Made by a program: the position numbers and the translations under genes. DNA of 56,610 nucleotides, counting the filler, from Sphacelaria rigidula (Eukaryota), in NCBI GenBank assembly GCA_964200075.2. It is 5 parts of 5 records of this genome, joined end to end, with 100 filler letters (N's around TTAATTAATTAA, not from the genome) between each part and the next. Parts side by side here need not be neighbours in the genome. Positions count along the whole stretch, not along the records: positions 1 to 11,243 come from CAXNAA020005180.1; 4 more parts are not named here. One strand, 5' to 3'. Of the stretch, positions 1-11,343 are shown piece after piece. The first letter of the stretch is position 1. Each line of letters begins with the position of its first letter. The notes beneath the pieces are model-generated. The model was not told the DNA's origin. It worked only from the letters and a program-made list of their open reading frames with translations, and made no database searches.

Positions 1-2329
1 TTCGTATTGATTAGCTCCGTAGTTGTGGTGATTGTATTTCGTTTTTCTTGTGTTTTGTATCTTTTTCTTGTGTGTTTTTGTTTTTTGGCTTTAGACCCTG
101 ATTTTGTGTTGTGATTTGTTTTGCCTTTGCGTCATTTTGTTTTGATTTGTTTTGTCTTTGTTTTTTTCTTCCCTTTTTCTTTTCTTTTCCTTTGGCATCG
201 CGCTTTGTTTTCGATTTTGTTTGTGTTCAATGAGTAATTTTCTTGCTTATTTCTGGCTTCATCTGGCAAAGTACAAATGACAACCGTTCCATTCCTGACC
301 CCCGAGTCTGGAACCTTGAACCTCCGTCCTCCGCGCCGTACATTCACGACCATTCCGTATACTGAAACAGTTGCCACGAGTTTTATTTCTTCTTTTTTTT
401 TTGTACGCACCTTTTGTGTTGTTTTTTGTAGTATGTTGTTTTTTTGTTTGTCTTTTCGGTCGAGAGTTTTCGGAGCGAGCGCTAGATATGCCTGACCTCC
501 CCCGTCTGGAATAATGGCGCTTTTGCCCAATCGCTCCGTACACCCATACCGCCTCCCTCTTCGGGATCGGTCGTGACGTATCTCCTTTTTGTGTGCGTAC
601 CATGTTGGGTTTTATATGAACATGGGTGATAGTAATCGAAGCTGAGTGTCTGAAATGTTTTGACCTTCTTGGCTGAAACTTTTGACCCTGCTGGCTTCGT
701 ACACACGATAACCGCTCCCGTTTACGAGGACGGTTGCCACGTGTTGTTTTTCTGCTTCATGTTGCTGATATTTCGTTTTCGCTGTTGCCTAGCGTGCCAC
801 TGGTTTTGTTTTTATTTTGGTTTTGGTTTCTGCGTCTATGTCGGTGATTTCGCCATGAGTGTTCCAAGTTCCTGACCCTCGAGTCTAGAACACTTGGCCT
901 ACTTTGTTTTGCGAGTCCTGCACACGTGTGATCGACCTCGTTTATAGGAGGGTCACGGGTAATGCGACTCGATGATTTGTACTTTGGTGATTGGTAAGTT
1001 ACAGCGAGATCACCACTGGTCGCGTCGTACGTAGCGGTGTTGAAGAATTGTCATTAAAGTCGCGGTACAATCGGCTGCAAACGTCTCCTCATACAGGACC
1101 ATTACGTATCATGATAGGGTAGACTACTCTTCCGGAACTGTCCATTCCGCCGTGTCGATATTCGACCATTGGTACAGCCTACAGGCTCAGAGTCCGCCAC
1201 TCGCTATTTTTTTCTGTCACTTTCACCATTTTTTTGCGTTAGTTACCCGCCCCTGAGATCGGTCGGTGGTGTTTTGTTTTTATCAGGGATTATTGGACGA
1301 AGTAACGTGACGGTACGACCGGCTGTGGTTTTTACTCCAGTTTGTGTTCGGGCCAGTCTCGTTTTAGTCCGAACGGGAAAATACTGTGAGGGGTGGGCTG
1401 CGTTTGTCCTCTCTGCCCTGTATATTTGTCGTGGTTCAGAAATGTGTTTTGCGGTCCGCCTCGGAACTACGTAGTAGGCCCGAACGTTGTGTTTTGACTC
1501 AGTCACGTTTCTTTTGATGTGTACGGACACCTAACCTCACAAACCGGTCGGTTGTTTTCGTATCTCGTCATGTGAGGAAACAAAAAAAGAAGTGCTGTAC
1601 GACTGGATCATCACCCAGACGTCCCAAGCAAGTCGTTGCTCTCACAAACATGTACCGACAATTAACTCACGCCAAACGGGTTGATTTGTCCGTATCATGC
1701 TATTTGGTTCTTTTTTCAACGTATGGCTTTCGCGGGAAACTGCCTTTTCCACGACGACATCGGCGGTACGTTGTTGGCTTTTACTGATTGACTGGGACGA
1801 GTGATTAGCATGAATTTGGTTATCGGAGTAATATAATGCCTTCGCGGGCTTGCTTGTTTTTCTACCAATGATCTAAAACAAATCGGACATCCAAAAAAAA
1901 AGTGAACTATATGATCATGATATAGTTATGGCAGGGTAGGATGACCGTTTCAATGATGGGTCTCTGATTTCTGTGGCTATCCCGGACATACTCACGGCAT
2001 TCTTAACATGCTCGCGGCATTGTGGAGGACACTGCATTTTTTTGGTATCCGGTTTTGATTGTTGATTGTTGATTTTTTTTATTTGTTTTCAATTCCCATG
2101 GCTCCGTCTGAAATGCGAAACATGAGAACACTGAATTCTCGTATCGGTTCGCTTTTTTTCTCTTTGCTTTGTGTTTGTGTTTGTGTTTTTCTTGTTTCTT
2201 TGTGTTGGTCGTACCTTATCGCTCCCCATATCGAAAGAATACTCGATGTTCAAAATGAACCTCAGTTTCTGTGGTGTGGGAGTGATGTGTCTCGATGCAA
2301 GTTCGTCCCTTCTGAGAAGGAAGTGCACT

Positions 2330-2867
2330 TGTCACGATCCAGCGTGGGCTAATGTGATGGCATATGACCGCGTGCGAGAATTAAACTAGTACAGTAGGAT
2401 ACTAGGATCGATCTACAAACGATCGGCGGGTATGAAAAGATTCTAGTCGAATGTGTGCTTGTATAAGGTAGAAATTGCATTGTGTTTATGGTTGACGCAG
2501 CTGCTTGAGGCTGGATACAGAGTTGTACCTGACCAGTCGCAGGCGTACGTCACTACTGACGCTTTGATTGGTCACAGCATGGCGCGTCAGGCTGATTTTG
2601 TATTATGGCATTTGTATGCGAGGCAGGGTATGAGCAAGCAGCGCCCCGACCATCGCCTACCTGCGCACTCGATCCACCGGTCAGTCTGCAAGCATCTGTT
2701 GGATATAACAAGAGCTTTTACTCATCACCTACCCCATCGGTCTCTCCTGTCTACAGGGTCGCGAGCCCACAGCCTCTGACGTGAGTCTCTAGCTGTGCTG
2801 TACTATCATCCTTACCCACGACTGTAAATTTTATTCAGGCTTTGGGCTCTGTGATTCCCCGTGAACA
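2330..2867 (+). mobile_element. Putative 3' LTR of an LTR retrotransposon whose internal region would lie in 1-2329
   Basis: TGTCACG...CGTGAACA imperfect inverted termini (TG...CA); purine tract GAGAAGGAAG at 2314-2323 just upstream; TATAA near 2704. No second copy in the window. Confidence 0.35.
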
Positions 2868-3206
2868 GCCGGTTTGTTGTGTTGAGACCCAAACCTGCAG
2901 TTTGAGTTTAACAAATCGAACATCAGGACCGCTTGCTGACATCCTACAAAGGGTGAGGCTTGCTTGCATCGGCGTATACAGCTTTACTGCTCTGCGGTAT
3001 TGCCTTTACTTCTACACCCGTGCGATATCTTTTGCGCAAGAATTACACCCGTGGCGTGCCTTTCCCGACTTCCCATTAAAGAAAAAATCCTCAAAAAACG
3101 AGCACGGCGCCTAAACTAGTCGCGGTGCTATCAACAATCTGGGGAAAGCGAGCATAAAACAGGTGGCATTATCGGCGAAAAGAGGAGCATAAAGGACTCA
3201 GGCCTA

Positions 3207-3361
3207 GTCACGATGTAACAGTCGCGATGTAACGATATGACGACCATTGTTGTGTGTCGGTCATGATGTGGACACGGTGTAACGGCCAAGTTGTAACGGC
3301 CGCCATGTTATGGCAAGGAATCGTCATAATGTAACGGCCGCGTGGTAACGGTACTAATGTA
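3207..3361. repeat. Degenerate short tandem repeat (ATGTAACGGCC-like units), continuing at 4566-4620
   Basis: Repeated tgtaacggcc/tgtaacag/tgtaacga units on both sides of the 3362-4565 insertion. Confidence 0.6.
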
Positions 3362-4565
3362 CGAGCTGGGCCAGCCGAGAGGCTGATTTGAAGTTTGCAG
3401 TCGAATGCGCCGGCCAATATTTAGAGTTGGAGAGTAAAATATGGTATGGACAATGCATAGGGCATAATAAACTCATTGAAGAAGCCCAGTTTTTTTTTTT
3501 AGTTGAGGGTATTTTACTGATACCCGAAAACTGACTATTGTCCATAACTCACGAAAAGAAAAAACTTCTTGTGCTTCTTTCATATTTTTCATTATGCACT
3601 ATACATTGTTCATATCAAATTTCACGCTCCAACTCTAAATATTGGCCGGCGTATTTGCCTTTCAAGAACCGGGTCGGTAGAAATTCGGAACAGTACTTCG
3701 CACGCCACTCACCGGCCCAAGTTTGGTTTTGTGTATTGAAATTTTGTGTGGGCCCTCGCTAGGGCATAATCAATACAACTCAGTGGGTCAAATTTTTGTT
3801 CATTATCTTTTCACTGGTTTAGGGCGTTTTAGTATAGTAACAATCATTTTTTACGAGAACGCCCGAACCTCTCCCCCTCCCCAAACAAAAGGAAGGCCCA
3901 TTATTTTTTCGGGAGAGGTTCGGGCGTTCTCCATGCTGAGTTTCGAATCACAATTTCGACAATTGAGCTCAAAAATTGAGATAAGGCCGGAGAGCAACGT
4001 TCATTTCTCCTCAAAACTCCCCGAAAGACTCGAAAAACAAATAAAAAAATGATAAACAAAACTACAAGAAAACGAAAAGCTGTTTATTAATCTCATTATG
4101 CACTGTCTGCTCTCCATACAAAATTTCATAGCACAACTCTCATAAACTGAGACGCGATATTCAGATTTAGGGCATCTAGTGCCTCTGCTCGTAATATATT
4201 GATTTTAGTAGAGAAACTTATGTGCGCCATATTTCGAGATGGAACACGAATTGGGTAAGGGTGAGTGTATATATCGTCTCCCCGTGCTTCACGGAAGGTC
4301 CACATCAAAAATCGTCATGATGCGATGAAAGCATCGTTCGGGGTTTCATATAGATTTTAGTGTGGACGCTATCTCCATACGGTATAGGAGTTACTAGACG
4401 TGGGGATTAATCAACGAGAAAAAAAATTGCCCAGATTTTTCAGCAGATGGGCACCTTCCCATTGACTAGACGATCAACACGATATGCGGATCATGGCCCA
4501 ACTCGTCCATGTCGATGACATATGGCTTTGAGACCTTTAATCCGTCTTTAGGCTGGCCCAGCTCG
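3362..4565. mobile_element. Non-autonomous TA-flanked DNA transposon (Tc1/mariner-type TSD), ~1.2 kb
   Basis: Perfect TIR CGAGCTGGGCCAGCC / GGCTGGCCCAGCTCG; TA at 3360-3361 and 4566-4567; homologous copies at 45370-46422 and 56422-56610; internal inverted repeat 3408-3651. Confidence 0.85.
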
Positions 4566-4742
4566 TAGCGGCCACGATGTAACGGCCACGTTGAAACCGT
4601 CATGTTGCGACGGTCATGGTGCAGCAGGGACATGCCAGCAATCGGAGCTGCTGTCTGTGACCCCGCCAGACGTATCAACCGGCCTAACTTCTACGAATCG
4701 AGGAGCGTGAATTCCACATCATGGTAGCGTACAGTATGACAG

Positions 4743-4996
4743 GAGTGATGCTACGATAGGAGTTTCACTTTTTCAGCGAAAATGTTTCTCGGGGTGTTGG
4801 GCGTGTCATTTTGAGAATCGGCATCATTATCACTTGGAAAAGACTGAACATTATGCCGATTCACGAAAAGGCCCCTGCGTGCATCTCCATGTCCGTCCCC
4901 CGGAGATTTGGGTTGCAAAGTAAGCCCGATATATTTGGGTTCCTACAAAAAAGAGACCCAGAAACAAAAAGTGCCTCCCCTATCGTAGCATTGCTC
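4743..4996 (+). mobile_element. MITE family A (GAG...CTC termini, 4-bp TSD; Sola2-like), copy 1
   Basis: TIR GAGTGATGCTACGATAGG / CCTATCGTAGCATTGCTC; TSD ACAG at 4739-4742 and 4997-5000. Confidence 0.9.
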
Positions 4997-5366
4997 ACAG
5001 GAGAGAGCAAACCGCTCGGGTACAAGACAGAAGTCGAATCCAAACCCGGTATGGTATGCCTCAAAGTTATAGTGTCCCGCGCTGACCTGCTTCGCGTCGC
5101 ACGCAGCTGCAGTAGGTAAAAAATAACCCGTGATCAACGAGAAGATCTCAGGCACAGGAACGCTCCCCACCCACACGGCGGCTCTGTACCACGCTTCATC
5201 TTTCACGGTGACCATGCCAAAATCATCTCCGGCACTGCCATGACCTCTGCGTCTGTTCCTGTATCTCGCTGACAATTGCCCCCACACCCCCCCTGTGGCA
5301 CCCGCAACAAAAGCTTCATCCGCTGTCTCCCCCGGCTCCCCTGCCTGCCCTGGCTCGTTTGGCTCC

Positions 5367-5880
5367 TGTGACGCCAGCCAGTGAAAGAACTGGAGTGATG
5401 CTCCGGTAGGGTTGCACTTTTTCAGCGAAAATGTTTCCCGGGGTGTTGCACGGATCATTTTTAGAATCGGCATCGTTTTCACTTGGAAAAGACTGAAAAT
5501 GATGCCGATTCACGAAAAGGCCCCTGTGTGCATTTCCATGTCCTGTCCCCGGAGACTTGGGTTGCATAGTAAGCCGCATATATTTGGGCTCCTACAAAAA
5601 CGAGGCCCAGAAACAAAAATTGTAACCCCTATCGTGGCACTGCTCACTGCTGGATCACTGCTGTAGAGGGACTCCCCAGTCTTACTGGCCTCGGTTTCAG
5701 TTGTCAGCCTTTACAACACCTCATATCACTAGAGTGCCCTCGTAGGCACAGCCTCCTGGACACGCCAGGGTATCAACCCAGTGTCCCCGGTCATTATCCA
5801 TAATCCTCCAGAATTCCCTGCCCCCAGTCATTATCCATATCATCACTACTAACTCAACGTAACGACGTAATTTCGTCACA
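5367..5880 (-). repeat. 3' LTR of the Gypsy element, interrupted by MITE A copy 2
   Basis: TGTGACGCC...TTCGTCACA; matches 10033-10289 once 5393-5649 is removed. Confidence 0.92.
5393..5645 (+). mobile_element. MITE family A copy 2, inserted in the 3' LTR
   Basis: GAGTGATGCTCCGGTAGGG...CCCTATCGTGGCACTGCTC; TSD ACTG; the empty site is visible in the other LTR (aaaaACTGctggatc). Confidence 0.93.
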
Positions 5881-5954
5881 GCACCCCAAAAGCGCGTTGG
5901 GCGAAAATCCGTCAACAAGCTTGACACATAGAAAACGCCAAAACGATGAGAGAG

Positions 5955-7820
5955 TCACTGTTGAATACCAAACTCATTGTAAATGCGAGCAGTAACGACA
6001 CGAGTCGCGTGCAATTTACGCAACTCCTTTGTAAGAAATTTCGAAGCGGCCTCAAAAATATCCTTGAAAGGCTCCCACGTACGCTCCTCAACTTCGAAAC
6101 CAACCCAGTAGACCAACACGAGACCAATGCTACGATAGGGGAGGCACTTTTTGTTTTTGGGTCTCGTTTTTGTAGGAGCCCAAATATATGGAGCTTACTC
6201 TGCAACCCAAATCTCCGGGGACAGGACATGGAGATGCACACAGGGGCCTTTTCATGAATCGGCATCATTCTCAGTTTTTTTCAAGTCAAAATGATACCGA
6301 TTCTCAAAATAATGCTTGCAACACCCCGAGAAACATTTTCGCTCAAAACGTGCAACCCTACCGTGGCATCACTCACGATCAACTTACGATCGTCTGCTTC
6401 TACCACTCGGACAATGCCAGCCATCTGAAATTGCCCCTGAAAGCATACTGGAATACGTCCTTGACGTCAGTCGTAACATTACGCAACGAGTCTGCAAAAA
6501 AATGCAGACAAGCTACACGGGCGGTCTGAACACGACCCGAAACAATGTTCTGAATCTCAAACACGTGCGGGTGGTGAGCACCAACCACTCTCCATAGACC
6601 ATTCCACGTCGCCATCAACTTGGGCGTAACACCCGGACGACGCACGTGTGCATACAAGACATAGTCACCTACCTCGAAATTCGGCAATTCCAGCCCCGAC
6701 GAGGATCCCTCCCGTCTACGCGCACGTTCGGCGGCAACACGTTCCTGCACTTCATGTTATTGCAAGTCCAAGACTCCTTGCGATGCATTCTTAATTTGAA
6801 CATCGTCCAGAACATCACCCTTCCATTCTCCCGCCGGCGAAGACGCCAGCACCGAGAAAGACGTCCGAGGGGCACAACCAAACATCACGTGGTACGACGT
6901 ATATCGTAACGACGACGATACGCTGTATTAAGCGTCCATTGCGCCGCCAGCAACACGTCCACCCACTCGGAAACCGCTCTACGTTGCTCGAGAAGAATAG
7001 AGCGAAGAGCACGAACTACTTTCTTGACCATGCGTTCGCACGTACCCTTAGACCACGGAGAACACGCTACCGCAAACTGGTGATCAACGCGAAAAGCCTC
7101 TCGCAATCAGGCCAAGATCGTATTTCTGAAATGTGTGGCGGTATCACTCACCCACACACGCGGCATCCCCAAAGGTTTGGACCAATTCAGCAAAGATGCA
7201 GCCATCGATCCAGCAGTACACACACTGCTACTGGTTCCAGAGCCACAAAGTTGCTCAAATCATCCATGATGACCAAAATGTATTGAAACCCGGCATCCTC
7301 CGACAAAACTTGGGAAGCTAGCGGGCTACTCTCGCACACGTACGAAAAGTCAAAATGGACGACTTCATCCGGCGTGACCGTTCGCCGAGCGGGCGGCGAA
7401 TAACATCGCCCGCCCTCGAGTCAGCACAGTGAAGACACTGGCGGACAAATTGGCGCACATGAGTTTCTATCCCCTACCAGACACAAACCTCTTGCAAGCG
7501 CACGAGCGTCGCAGCCACACCACGATGCCCGGCGTCGCGCGTGTGCGCGCAAACCATCAGACGTACCTGCAACTGCTTGTCAAAACTCAGAATCCACAAA
7601 CCATTTCGGCCACGGACATGCACACGAAAGAGACCTTTATTGTCCAAGATAGCAGTACCAACGTCCGACTCGAAAGATTACACACCCGCATCTTTGGTCC
7701 CAAGGTCTTTTCGTTGCGCTTGGTGGACAAACAATTTAGACGGCATCGAGTCATCAGGTTTACACGGACCATACACAGCCACAGTGCGTACAGGCATTTG
7801 AATTTCAACAGTAGGCACCT
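5955..7820 (-). pseudogene. Gypsy integrase plus chromodomain, with frameshifts and stops
   Basis: CAHTRDAGHRG...CLHC zinc finger; VHFDF, ILVIMDDLSNF, VWVSDTATHF, SPWSKGTCERM core motifs; LIVLVYWVGFEVEERTWEPFKDIF chromodomain, stop near 5955. Confidence 0.88.
6122..6374 (-). mobile_element. MITE family A copy 3, inserted in the Gypsy chromodomain
   Basis: Reverse-oriented copy; TSD ACGA at 6118-6121 and 6375-6378; removing it restores KLIVLVYWVG. Confidence 0.92.
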
Positions 7821-9890
7821 GCATGACCACACTACCCCAATGGCATTCAGATGCATCCGGAAACATAAACACCTGACAATCAGGACGGGGATGGAACAGC
7901 ATCACGGCATGAGCCACCAGATCCTTCGCTGCCGCCTACGCCTGCAGCCTGCCCTCCATCCACGATGCATCCTTCTTCGGAAACGCCACATCTGGACTGG
8001 ACCAACCCGCCTGCAAATTCCGTAACACCAACCCGAGCGCCAAAAGAGCCGCCATGCACAACGCCAACCAACTCGACTTCACTGGATCGTACACGGCTTC
8101 GTCTTCACCGCGGACGCCCCAAGTGTTGGCTAAACACGTATAGACTCCACGCGCGCAAGAGGATCACCCCGCAGCGCACGATTAAACGTGTTGACGTGGC
8201 AATACAATATGCTGCGCAGGTGCTCCGCTTTCGAGACGCTGAGGCCTGTCGCCCCAGCATCCGTCATGCTCTTCTCCAGCGCGACCTTCCGAGCGGACTC
8301 CTCTTCCGCCAGAATCATTTACATCTCCGGGTTGCCCTCTACCGAGCGTCCCACCGCCGCATCCCGCTTTTCGGTCACTTGCCCTCCAGCCTCCTAAAAA
8401 GCGTCCACCGACACGCTCACGCGACGACTGCCCAAAACGGCGGGCATCTCCAAGCGTGGACCAGACGGAGACATCCGCGTCTTCATGAAGTGCCACAACC
8501 GCCGAGTGTTGACTTCAATATCCTGAAGCATCGGAAACCCCCAAAAAACAACGTCATCCGACCCCGGTATGATCGCAAACGAGATCGGAGGCAACCGCGC
8601 CGCCCCCCAGGGAGTCGTGAAAGCCAGCTGCAGCGGAACAGTACCCTCTGTGACGTCAACATGCTGACCCGACGCGGTGACGGCCTGCCGCGCCCCGAGC
8701 GAGAACGGAATGCGCAGCGGCACACCCGGGAGACGACGCTCCAACATCTCTACAATCTGTACCGACATACTCACGTGACCCGCCAAGTGGGCGCCAGAAT
8801 CCCTCTCAGCCTGAACCGCAATGGCTCCACGCTCGCATTGATTTGGGAGACACAGCTCCGTAGGAACGTATCTGTCCGCGAACTCCACTGGTAATTTATT
8901 CGCCGACCGATGCGCCGCCAATCCCACTTGACGCCACGGCTGCGCAATAAGCTGCTCAGGCGAAGATGCCCCGGCAGGTTCAAACGGCACAACCGGCGGG
9001 TATGACCCCCAGCCAGCAGACCAAGAATTTGGCGAACCTCCGACCAGCGCGGCAGCAGGCCTCGCGCCTGGCACTGCTGCTGATGTCGCCGCCAGCGCCA
9101 TCACCGGCGCCGGCGCAGTGTTCGACACTGTAGAGATCGGTCCCACTTGCACCGCCCGTTGCGAAGCAGCAGCACCTACAGCGACGCCGGATCCAGAACC
9201 AGACCCATGCTGACGCTGCTGCCCCTGCTGCTGCTGCTGCTGCTGCTGAGGACTCGACTGCAACCCTCGACCGCCGGAGGACCCGCCGCCGCCACCACGA
9301 CTACCTCGTCTTGTGTCCTTATGCTGACGATGCTGATGGCGCGCGGCATGAGACTACCCAGACTCTCCACCGGAAGGCGTTGGGCAATCGCGCGCGTAAT
9401 GGCCGACCTGGCCACAACAGTGGCAAGTGCCCGCCGCATGCTCAGCATGCTTTCTGATCGCCGCAACCAATTGCGGTGAGGTGACTGTGGTCTATTTATG
9501 CTCCAAACGAGCAAACACTCTCTGCACATAATTTGGCACTTGTTCAGCGATTGGCACCACCTGATGCCGCACGGCACCCCCTGCGTTAGCGTGCTTTACT
9601 CGCTTCTTGTCCTCAAAGTACTTCGCGTGAAAAGTGCGAGATTCATCCTCTCAGTACCTATCCCCGTATTGGGGAGGTTGCAATTCTTCCCGCATAACCA
9701 CGGACGTCACGCTGGCCGTAGTACACGAACCGGTCGCCATACGCGTAGCTGCAACCGGCTACCTGCGAACTTTCACAGGCCAGAATTGCACACTTCCTTG
9801 CCTCATCGCCGCACCACTCAGTCGTAGGCGCCCCCACACTCCCGCTGCCCGCAGCTTTAGCAAGTCTACAGTCTGGATCAATCATAGGCC
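7821..9890 (-). pseudogene. Gypsy gag-protease-RT/RNase H remnant
   Basis: ORF 8394-9263 carries the aspartic protease DSGA motif. The RT N-terminus is fused directly to the connection/RNase H start near 7965, and no YxDD motif is present. Confidence 0.8.
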
Positions 9891-10032
9891 AGCCGCCTTC
9901 CTGCAGCTGCCTCAGCTGGAACCCTCTCCATGCGTCCGTGGTGTATCAGGTTTCCACAGCCACCAGACTCCTCCCGAAATCCTTTCTAGCAGGTTTTTAG
10001 CACGAACACTATTATAGCACTAATATCGATAT

Positions 10033-10289
10033 TGTGACGCCGGCCAGTGGAAAAACTGCTGGATCACTGCTGTAGAGGGACTCCCCAGTCTTACTGGCCT
10101 CGATTTCAGTTGTCAGCTTTTACAACACCTCATATCACCGGAGTGCCCTCGTAGGCACAGCCTCCTGGACACACCAGGGTATCAACCCAGTGTCCCCGGT
10201 CATTATCCATAATCCTCCAGAATTCCCTGCCCCCAGTCATTATCCATATTTTCACTACTACCTCAACGTAACGGCGTAATTTCGTCACA
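10033..10289 (-). repeat. 5' LTR of the Gypsy element (257 bp)
   Basis: TGTGACGCC...TTCGTCACA direct repeat of 5367-5880. Confidence 0.93.
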
Positions 10290-10351
10290 CACCCCTGTCT
10301 TTCATGACTGCTGTGTGCACTCTAGGTCTCCAACCGAGAAAAAAAAAGTTG

Positions 10352-10557
10352 TGTGACGCAATTGGAAATACCAACCGCTCTGCCCGCAAGGCATAGCACC
10401 ACGGAGCCGCGAGTGTGGACCGACCATCGCCCCCACAACCTCTAGACCAAGCCACACCTAGCTAGCGCAGCCAAAATGATGGCCTTCGAAGGATGGAACA
10501 AGCTTCACCGCCTACGAGAGAACTTGCAGAATTGCTAGTTCTCATATTTTAGAAACA
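10352..10557 (-). mobile_element. Possible LTR of a further retroelement, truncated by the contig end
   Basis: Minus strand reads TGT...CGTCACA preceded by purine tract AGGGGAG (~10563-10569); single copy only. Confidence 0.25.
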
Positions 10558-11243
10558 ATAGACTCCCCTATAGACACGAGGGAGACTTGTCGTGGGTAGG
10601 TGTGGTACATTCATTCAACTTCGGGTAACCCAATTTCTCGAGATCGATCGCTATCGCCTTATTCATATATCATCTGTGTTTCCGTTGCTGGGCCCTCCTG
10701 GAGGTACGCGGGGGAAGGCCCCAAAGCCCCGTCTATTCCTTCCGGGGCGCGGTTTTGATTGATACGAGCCAATATTTCATCACGAATAAGATCGGTTTGT
10801 GCGAGTACATTTCGTACAGTCAGCACAACAAATATTACGGATCGCGGCGTGATGCGGTGGAAGGGGGGACAGTACAATGATGGGCCGTTGATTCGGAACG
10901 AAGATTCGCGCCCGGAGGGCTGATCGCAGGAACTGGCTAGTACCTGCGGTCAGGGGTGAGGATGTTAAGTAATCTGTCAAGATACGGAGTACATAAAAAC
11001 ATGCCTCGTACATCTGGTTGAATCCGATTCTTTCTAAGAATCGGTGCAACGCTGAGATGCCCTGGTGTTCAGAACGATCTCTCGAGAAGACTCTGGCTAT
11101 CAACACCACCCAGGAACAAAAGAAATCGAATCACCTGAAGCTGTGAACAAGGATATCCTGACGATCGACGTGTACTGTACTGCGTTGGACTGTCTCCCCA
11201 CGCGCTGTGAGCTTACGATTGTTACAAGATCGACGGTGAGACG

Positions 11244-11343
11244 NNNNNNNNNNNNNNNNNNNNNNNNNNNNNNNNNNNNNNNNNNNNTTAATTAATTAAN
11301 NNNNNNNNNNNNNNNNNNNNNNNNNNNNNNNNNNNNNNNNNNN
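11244..11343. other. Artificial contig-joining spacer (44 N + TTAATTAATTAA + 44 N)
   Basis: Identical 100-bp spacer with stops in all six frames; recurs at 22587, 33929 and 45270. Confidence 0.98.

Larger units (their letters stand above)
5367..10289 (-). mobile_element. Ty3/Gypsy chromodomain-containing LTR retrotransposon, degenerate and internally deleted
   Basis: Two TG...CA LTRs (5367-5880 including a MITE; 10033-10289), ~12 mismatches in 257 bp by my manual alignment. Minus strand has gag-like remnant, protease (AVQAERDSGA...FAIIPGSDDVVFWG), RT start (RALRGDPLARV, NLQAGWSSP), RNase H start (MFPDASECHWG), integrase HHCC and core, and a C-terminal chromodomain. Flanks CTCC/CACC could be an imperfect TSD. 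Confidence 0.93.

Noticed and set aside
132..603. Lys-rich minus-strand ORFs
   Set aside because: They arise from the T-rich plus strand and show no domain or splice support.
3207..3361. CRISPR-like repeat-spacer appearance here and at 30100-31460
   Set aside because: Units are degenerate, with no constant repeat plus unique spacers; the context is eukaryotic and there are no cas-like ORFs.
4811..6268. Recurring short ORFs with MPIHEKAP.CISMS.PR (also 17492-18114)
   Set aside because: These are chance translations of MITE family A; frames and stops differ between copies.
7965..8894. 309-aa plus-strand ORF (and 7429-8025)
   Set aside because: Antisense shadow of the GC-rich Gypsy pol.
11288..11299. 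Regularly spaced TTAATTAATTAA motif every ~11.34 kb
   Set aside because: It is a synthetic six-frame-stop linker between N runs, not biological periodicity.
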